The position numbers were made by a program, and so were the translations under genes. Below the pieces are notes generated by a model that ran no database searches, was not told the DNA's origin, and saw nothing but the letters and a program-made list of their open reading frames with translations. A stretch of 63,597 nucleotides of DNA, filler included, from Aduncisulcus paluster (Eukaryota): the NCBI GenBank assembly GCA_024181965.1. It is 11 parts of 11 records of this genome, joined end to end, with 100 filler letters (N's around TTAATTAATTAA, not from the genome) between each part and the next. Parts side by side here need not be neighbours in the genome. Positions count along the whole stretch, not along the records: positions 54,293 to 59,913 come from BQXS01011202.1; positions 60,014 to 63,597 come from BQXS01011203.1; 9 more parts are not named here. One strand, 5' to 3'. Positions 55,505 through 63,597 of this stretch are shown piece after piece (the first letter of the stretch is position 1; every line of letters begins with the position of its first letter).

Positions 55505-58500
55505 TTACATTGCACCCTCCATAAACCCATCAAGAAGCCCTCCGTTAACAACACTTTCGAAATCTCCATTAACTTCGTTGATATCTCTAACTTGGAGTTC
55601 TGTATGATCGATAGGCCCATCACTGTGTTCATCCTGAGAATTTCCATGGTGACTTTCTCCCTCTCCTTCTCTTTGGTGTTCTTCAAAACCATCATCAATT
55701 CCAATATCCAAGGAACTATCGTTTGGGATATCAGGAATATTGTTGAATTTCGTTTGCCGGATCTTTCTCCGTTTTTTCCGTGACAGACATTTTGATGTAA
55801 GCACTAAAATCCCGATAATTGTACCTAACCCTATCAAAACAGCAATTCCAGCAATTACATATATTTTCCACTCTCTCTCTTCTTCCTCGACAACGACAAT
55901 ACCATACACCTTCATATCTTCACTGGCTAAAATATGACACATTAAGAACACAATTTCAGTACTATTCTCGTCCTCGGAAGAAGAACTTTCAAGCATTTTA
56001 GTGACAACTTTCCCGTCATAAAGCTCAACTTTTCCTTCACCCCAACTACCCCTTTCGACAACACAGACATGCTTAAGAGAGTAATGAGCATATTCAGAGG
56101 AAATATCTTTCGAATATGATTCCAAATCATAGTAAGTTCCAGTGGAAGAGAGAGACTCCTCGGAAGAATATGAAGCATATTTGGTGGTTTTCTTCTCATT
56201 AAGAGTCAGTGTGTAATATTCAGATGCACACAAAGTTTCGTCATCGGAACAGGATTCATCACCATGGTCAGGCATCAAATCGAGATAAATGTCAACATAC
56301 TCTGTGATATCTTCCTGTGAATATTGTACAAGGGTAGAAGTCGTGTTGGGTTTGGATAAAATATTCACATTGAGCATGAGAAGAGGTGTCGAATAGAAGA
56401 ATGGACGATCATTGACAAGATCTCCATGCGATGGCAAGTAGAGATTAGATTGCCAGGGCATCACTGCCGCAGCGACACCGACAGCCACACCGAACCTTCG
56501 GAAAGCAATGTCCATAATCTCAGTATCAGTGAGTTCACTTGAATTCTCCTCCGATTCATCAACAGAAAACTGCAAAATACAATTGAAAACACTATCGTCA
56601 TTGTACATGGCCAATTCCTTGCCAACAATCTCATACAATGGAGTTAAGGACAAGGAATAGTAAGTACTTTCTTGAGTACTCTCATAGAATTCACCTGGGA
56701 AAAGCTGTTGAGTATTCAATTCAAAGAAGTTACGATACACAGTTTCAAATTCATACCCATAAGTCTCATTGTCAACAGCGTCATCAAGAGCAGCGCAACC
56801 GACGAGAGTCATGTCGGCGATCCTGCGAGTGTGTGAATAAGTGGTAATAATAAGAGGGAACACTGAGAGAGCCTCAAGGGCAAGGATATCGGCATTGGCG
56901 AACGATTGCATCATGGAGACCTCAACGAATAAGAGCAGATTGGTCACAGCGGTGTTTGTGGGATCCACGGCAAGGACGGCCTCACAAGTGGGAATAATAA
57001 CATTTTCGGTTGTAATCTTAATCTGGGCGTATACCATTCTGCTCATTGTGGCAGCCGTGTTATACATCAACGTGGCCCTGTGGTTAGTAATATTCCCGAG
57101 ATAAGGGTTGTAAGCTGGGTGAGCAACTAAATATTCGTTGTATCCACGGGTGAATCCATTCAAAAGGGAAGCAATCTCGAGCATGGTACTAATCTTTGAT
57201 AATATCTCGACTGCAGTCAATTGTCCAAGAGTAGCGTAAGTAAGCAAGGTCTGGTTGTAACTGGCAATGATTTTACCGGCCACAATGACACCAGTGGCGT
57301 AGGAATCGACGTCACCTCTATGAATATGCTCAAATACACTAACAGAAAGCTTGGCCACTTCAGCCAAATCAAAGGCGAATACCTCGTCAGGAGTGTATGT
57401 ATCCCCGCTAGGTTGTGGGAATCCAACCTTAGGAATTGTGAGACTTTGTTTATAGTATCCATCAGAGCCACTACCAACGTAGAGGTCAATAGGAATATCC
57501 GTCACAACTCCACTTCCGTCGGTTCCAGCCAAGGAGATCATTGTGGTCGGGTAGAGACTGTTGTAATCGTTCACAAGCATGGCACAGGGCAGCACAAAGG
57601 TCACCTCCATATCGTGCAGACCCTGCATGTACAACTCATCCATCAGGAAGATACTCCAGTACACGGCACTATCATCGGCATTCCTCAACTTTTTCCAAGC
57701 AATCTTCAACTGTGTTTGTCCACATGTGGGGGTTGGTGCGCTCTCGATTGGTATCCATGTTCCACTGTTGTTGTAGTAAACACCAGGTGAATCAACAATG
57801 ATGGAGTGAACGTGTGTGAAAGGGAATGTGACAACAGCTGTACGATTGGGTGACTCTTCATCTTCCCTCAAGTCGGTGATAGTGAGGGAAATATCACGAG
57901 TGGCAGATTCGGGGATGAGACTAGTGAGGATTGTTGATGGGATGGAGAAGAAAGGAGATGTAGTCGACACGTTACTCTGCTCAACTTGTTCAAATTCAGT
58001 GTCATACTCATCAAATACTTCCAACAATTCATCTTGAGTCACACCTTCAATATTCCACTCAAACTCAATGTCTTCATGACGAGCGTTTGTAACAAAACTC
58101 ATGAAGTTCACAGCCTTGCTTTCACGGGAGTTAGAATCACCGTAAATATACACACGGCTATTGTAAGAACTGTAAAGCATGGAGTTCTGAGAGGAATCAT
58201 ACCCACTCACAGGTCTCTCCACGGCACCAGCACTCACACGCACATACACCGACAGAGTGGACGAGATATCCTTTGTGCTGTCCCACATCATCAAATCAAT
58301 ACGAAGAGTGCTGTTATTGTGGACAACTTGAGGTATTGAGAACGACAAACTACAGCCACGGTAAGAATATGTGATTGTTTCGTCTTCACGATAGACATAC
58401 CATTGGAATTGAGTGTTGTCAGTTACTGTCCCGCCATCATCTTCGAGCATTCCTTCAATATCGACGTCAACTAAGGAATTAAACACACTCGTGGAAGCGT

Positions 58501-59913
58501 CACATGCACTCAGAACCACACGCTCTCCTGGGGAGGCTGTTTGAGCAAGGAGATCCCCACTGTCGAGTGAAATGGGAATCGTAGTCGTGTGTGAATTGAA
58601 AGAGAAGTAACTCTTGGTGTTTGTTGCGTTATTGAAGGTCGTAGACAAGGAACAATCATAACGCCCGTCAAGGAGAGTGTTAGGGGCAAGCATCAAGTAA
58701 GCTCCAGTCAAAGAAAGAGTATGTTTATACGTCGGATTGTAGCATCTCCACTCGTATTGAACAAAGAAGTCATCAAAGATGGTCACAGTATCATCTCTAA
58801 CGATTCCTTGCACGGCAGCAGCCTTCACAGCGGTCATATGCTCTGCCAAAACTTCTTTCATGGCAGCACCGACCTCGAAATCGTCTCCCAAGAGCAGTTT
58901 TGCCTTGGCATGAATATCCAAAGTGGCACTATTATCAATATCGAACGGGAAGAACGAGAATCGGTTGATAATATCATATTGTTTGTCAGTATTGGAAAGA
59001 TCTAGTATAACGCCATCACTACAGGAGAAATCATCATTGGGAATAATTGTCACCTCAAAGGAATGATCCAATGAGAATGTAGATAAAGAATTCCGATACT
59101 CAACGTCAAGGGTAATAGATCCTTCATACACATCAAGACCAGTAAGGACATTCAAGTATGAACCATGGATGGAAAGAGACATGGGAACAGAGTCACCTTC
59201 CACAAAATTATCAATATCAAACGAACTGGCACTCAAATCAGCTTCAAACCCATCACGAACATAGATTTCATAAGGACTACAGGCATCGTCACCATTTTTA
59301 CAGAGCTGAGGCTCAGAAAGACTCCACATATATCCGTGAATACCCCAATTATCTGACCCTACAGTGGAATATTCGACATCGATCCCCTTATTCGCCTCAT
59401 TACAGAGCATTTGAAGATATGTGAGTTCCGTGACGGCCTCAAATCCATAATAAGCGTTGATAGCGGCGACATAAGCGAGAACTTCTGTCTGTGTGCTCAT
59501 GTTGTAATAGGGATATTGGATACAGTCAACACTCGTAATGTTACAGTTGTTTGCAATGACAGAGTGTGGCAGCATGGAGAGTGGGATGCTGGTAGCAATT
59601 GAAGGGGGGATGAGAGAAGTCGATAAATATGTACTAATGACATCATTCGCACTCTCTGTCAACACATCCAACAATAATCCTTTCCGAATTACAATACACA
59701 TTCCACCTGCGACATATGAAGATCTGTCAGGCATGACCTCGATGTCTATACCCCCATCAAGCAGCTCACACAGAGAATCAGCACCAAGGGGAGAAGCAGT
59801 CTGAGCTGTGGGGGTCGAGGCGGTGGGCAAGGAAGAAGGAAGAGTGTCACAAGTGCCATCATGGATGTATATATATTGGTGACAGTCAAATTGTCCAATG
59901 TCACGAGAAGATG
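55505..59913 (-). CDS. Large type I membrane protein, possibly PKD/REJ- and GAIN-like, 5'-truncated
   Basis: Over 1460 open codons; beta-rich ectodomain with FQWYV, FEWNI and FSIPSTIL motifs; helical region; single TM IYVIAGIAVLIGLGTIIGILVL followed by RKKRRK. Confidence 0.75.
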
Positions 59914-60013
59914 NNNNNNNNNNNNNNNNNNNNNNNNNNNNNNNNNNNNNNNNNNNNTTAATTAATTAANNNNNNNNNNNNNNNNNNNNNNNNNNNNNNN
60001 NNNNNNNNNNNNN

Positions 60014-60284
60014 CAGCATGACTGGAGTGATATGATGAAGGGGATATTTTTGACCCAGTTGAAGTTATTAAATCGCCTTTTGATGGAATAAAACTGTGAG
60101 TTGATTCAACTATATCGGGTTTGATCTTTCCAATTTTTTGATCTGTGGGATACACAATGGTTACATCGGGTTTGTAGCCATCATGGTACATAGGCTTTTT
60201 TTCGATCGAAGAATCGGGATTAACCCGGAGAATATATGAAATATGTGTTTGTTTGGAGTCGGATTCATTTTGGTACATCACCAA
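60014..60284 (-). CDS. Short hypothetical ORF cut by the linker
   Basis: Open frame running into the linker; no recognisable motif. Confidence 0.25.
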
Positions 60285-60667
60285 AGCTCAATTTTCTGTT
60301 CTCCACCGATCAAGGAAATCTTCTATTACAATGAGCTATTTTCCATTGTAAAATTAATTAATTAATGATAGTATATTTATTTTACAAGTCTGAATTAATT
60401 GATGATGCCAGTTTTCAAAGAGGGAATTTTATTGATATTGGGAGCAATTAACAGTGTATTTCATAACTCTACAAGATGACTTGAACGTTAAAAACACAAC
60501 CAATGGTTGATTAATTCTCAAAAGGGGTAGAATTTATGAAGAAAGACAAGATCATATTTTTGTTTTCAGAAAAAAAAGGCGAAAAAACATATATTGAATA
60601 TTGTCAAGAATTTTTTTTAATATTTCTTTTCAATTTATAATACTATGATAAAAATATCTAATTATCT

Positions 60668-63527
60668 TCACTTTTTATCTTCACTTTTCTTGGACACGAT
60701 AGAATCAGAAGCTGGAGCGAATACTTCTTTAACAACTGCTCCCTTAACTTCCTTTTCATCCTTCTCTTCGTCCCTTTCTTCCTCGATAATAGCCAACCCG
60801 GCAGCATTACGCTTCACAGACCTGGCAATGGCAATAAACACATCCTCAAGAGATGAGAGACTGACGGAGAAATCACGGAGACCTGCGAGCTTTGTTGTCT
60901 TACGCTCAAGAACCTTAAGAAGGGAGGAGAGATGGGATCTGTCCTCTCTGGCGAGAGAAAAAACAACCTCATTGGCAGCACTGGCAACAACATTGGCCTT
61001 CTTCTCAGAAGATGTGACAATACTGGCAACACGCTCAGCAGTCCCGTTCTTCACATTACAGACAAATCTGAACCCAGTTCCAAACTTGTTCTTGAGGTGA
61101 AGGGAAGGACCAACACAAGCAAGACGCCCTGCAGCCATGATGGCGACTCTATCACTGACAGCATCAGCCTCAGCCATGGAATGGGTGGTCCAGACAATAG
61201 CCTTGCCTCTCTTGTGTTTCTTGACAAGCTTCCAGATGATGTGTTGGTTACCGATATCAAGTCCAGTCGTGGCTTCGTCAAAGAGCATAACTTTGGGATC
61301 ACATGTCAAGGCCATGGCCACACTCAGACGTCTGATCATTCCTCCACTGAAACTCTTGACGAGACGATGACGGACGTTGTAGAGCTTCACCTCAGTAAGT
61401 CTGTCCTTGACTTCCTGCACGATCTGTTTGCCCACATACCCCTTGATCCTGGCGACAAGCATAATGTGCTCTTCGGCAGTGAGGTTCTCATAGATACTGT
61501 CAAATTGAGGACAGTAACCAATGTGGCTCCTGATACGATCAAAGTGACGGAACAGGTCAACACCTTCGAGCATGGCTTCTCCAGACGTGGCGTCGAGAGT
61601 TCCGATGATTGTGGCCATGGCGGAGGTCTTTCCAGCTCCATTGGGACCAAGGAGACCGAGAATCTCTCCACTACGAACAGTGAGGGAGAGCAAATCGACA
61701 GCACGGAACTTGTCCTTCCCACGACCATAGTCCTTGACCATTTCAGAGACTGCAAAGGCAATATGGGAGGATTTAACATGAGGGTTGGGTTCAGACTTGC
61801 TCTCAGCACCACTGTGCTCCGTTGCCTCGTCATCGTCAAGAGCAGAAGCAGGAGTACGAGTAGGTGTCATCTGTTTTCCAGAAGAAGGACTGGATATGTG
61901 TTGATCCTCAGTATCAGAGGAACTGCTATCCTCATCGGAAATAATGTTGAGTTTCATTGCTTGGTGCATAATCTCAGCCTTCTCATAGATATCTCCACAA
62001 GAACAGAAAGGAATGTCAACCATGTTCCTTTCAATGGCATCCTTCGCTATTTGGTTCTCACGAGCGACATCATCGTCAACAGGGAGTTTGGAGTGTTCCT
62101 TGTCCTTCGTGATTTTTGTGGGCATCTTCTTTGTCAACCATGGTGTGCGATGTTCTCCACTGTTACTCTCCATGATGGCATCAAGATAGAGAGCAGGGAT
62201 GAAGAAAATGAGGAAATCGTACACCATCCAGAGCCAACACTTAGCAATGGGGAAGATGGTTCCTGTGGGATTGAGGGAGGACATGTCAGAGCCGTTGGTC
62301 TGCATGAAACTGAGGGCTTGTGCATATGGAAGAGGACAAAGGACAGAAAGACCTAACTGGACACTCTCAGAGATGTAATCAGTGTAAATGATTATGGTGA
62401 AGGAGGAGAGGAGCGTGGAAATGATAAGGAACATGAATGAAATGATTCCTGCGGCCTTGGTGGTTGTGGTCAGAACAGAAATGAGGAGAGCAACACCAAA
62501 GAGAGAGAGACAAAGAAGACAATTGGAAATCAGAACAATCCAGAAGTTTCCAGACACAAACAGATCAAGGTCAAAGGTAAATCCAGCCGCATAGGTTGAG
62601 GCAGTAATCAATAAACCCATAATCATGAAGTCAACAAACTGGGCAAAGAGATAGCATGAATCACGCATTCCCATAATCTTAAGGATGAGACGGTTCTTGT
62701 TTTGCTTCTCTCCGACAACGACAGAAACGTGGCTGATCATCATGGAGCAGTACACAAGAAGAACAAACATTCCTGAGAATGATTCCATGGAATAGGCAGG
62801 CACGGCACTGTGAGGACCTTCTGTATACTGGGCACTGGGTTCTATTTTAAGGGTGTCACTGATATCACCTGGATTCTCGTGGCGGAAAATGGCAGTGTCA
62901 AGGTTTGAGAGTACTTGAGGATAAATGTACTTGTAAGCGCTTTTATCAACAAGTTGAAGACTAGCAAGGTTAGTAGACCAATCCGTTTGATTGAATTGAA
63001 GAACATAACGCCAATCATCAGTTGTAGAACTTACAAATTCGATTCCCATTAAGAATTCCTTGTCACCAGCAAGAATCTCGGAGTTGAGGTCTTCTTGGGT
63101 GTCGAAAGATTCGATAATTATAGAACTATCCCAACCAAGGAGATCTTTGTAAATACTGATAACATCATCCGTGGCAGCATTGGAGGGAGTGTATGCCAGA
63201 CTTACACATGGATCATCACATGTTGGAGGGGTTGAGGGAACAGTGGTTGATAACGATTCAGTCATATCTTTTCCGATGGCGGCAATAAATGGCACGGCAT
63301 CTTCGAAAAGATTCTACAAAAAGGTCAAAAATAAACACAATGAACAAGGAAGAAAATAGAAAATTCATGCTGTGACAAACGGATAAACATACCTGAATAG
63401 CAATAAGAATTCCCAACCACAAGAAAGGACTCAAAATGACGAAAAGAGTTCCCTTCCAGTTTCTGAGATGGAGAATAGTATTTTTTCTAAACAAAGCATT
63501 GAATTGCTGAAACCAATTCCGGGCCAT
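60668..63527 (-). CDS. ABC transporter subfamily A, half-size (TMD-NBD), two exons (about 926 aa)
   Basis: complement(join(60668..63313,63393..63527)). ABCA N-terminus QQFNALFRKN..RNW; EKQNKNR..MGM; Walker A GPNGAGKT; GYCPQFD; FSGGM; Walker B LFDEATTGLD; TTHSMAEAD. Confidence 0.93.
63314..63392 (-). other. Intron (79 nt, phase 0) in the ABCA gene
   Basis: CAG|GTATGT...TTGAC...TTTTTGTAG|AAT restores the frame between ORFs 63527 and 63295. Confidence 0.9.
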
Positions 63528-63597
63528 GTAACAAAATTGGAGTGTAATTCAGAACAAAACAGCACTGCCCAAGAATGATTTCCCAATCTGGTGAATT

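Noticed and set aside
5437-60013. Regularly recurring TTAATTAATTAA between N runs as a biological repeat or CRISPR-like array
   Set aside because: It is an invariant 100-bp synthetic linker with six-frame stops. Gene adjacency across linkers carries no biological meaning.
60932-62356. 474-aa antisense ORF over the ABCA gene, and other antisense or shifted ORFs
   Set aside because: Shadow of biased codon usage or of GAA/TCT microsatellites; no motifs.
1-63597. Alternative genetic code (TAA/TAG as Gln, as in hexamitid diplomonads)
   Set aside because: Conserved genes read through under the standard code and end at TAA at their expected C-termini (ProRS ARAY-TAA, Pth2-like).
1-63597. tRNA, rRNA, CRISPR arrays or prokaryotic operons
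   Set aside because: No cloverleaf, rRNA signature or repeat-spacer structure was seen by eye; introns and gene content are eukaryotic.

Overview
Eukaryotic, AT-rich, gene-dense protist DNA using the standard genetic code, with short GT-AG spliceosomal introns. It is not one locus. Ten artificial 100-bp linkers (N44-TTAATTAATTAA-N44, stops in all six frames) join 11 unrelated contigs, and five 20-N scaffold gaps are flanked by falsely duplicated overlaps. The gene families and an archaeal-type ProRS suggest a fornicate metamonad such as Aduncisulcus paluster (from memory, not verified). Recognisable genes: DNA polymerase kappa, ZNF598/Hel2, a YtcJ-like amidohydrolase, a kinesin-13-like motor, a Schlafen/AlbA_2-domain protein, a Cep192/Spd-2-like protein, the ProRS C-terminus, an LRR-EGF surface protein, Spc25, a Pth2-like protein, an RI-type LRR protein, a REJ-like receptor and an ABCA half transporter. 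Decayed or partial pieces: FKBP/TYW1/vWA mosaic, tandem half-pyrophosphatase, hAT transposase, LRR remnant. Two signals stand out. (1) An uncharacterised ~180-aa beta-rich module occurs in up to five genes; in one gene each copy begins its own phase-0 exon and the array is fused to a divergent kinase. (2) The hairpin 12-mer TCTATTTTTAGA occurs 11 times on both strands, in coding and non-coding DNA. I found no tRNA, rRNA or CRISPR array.
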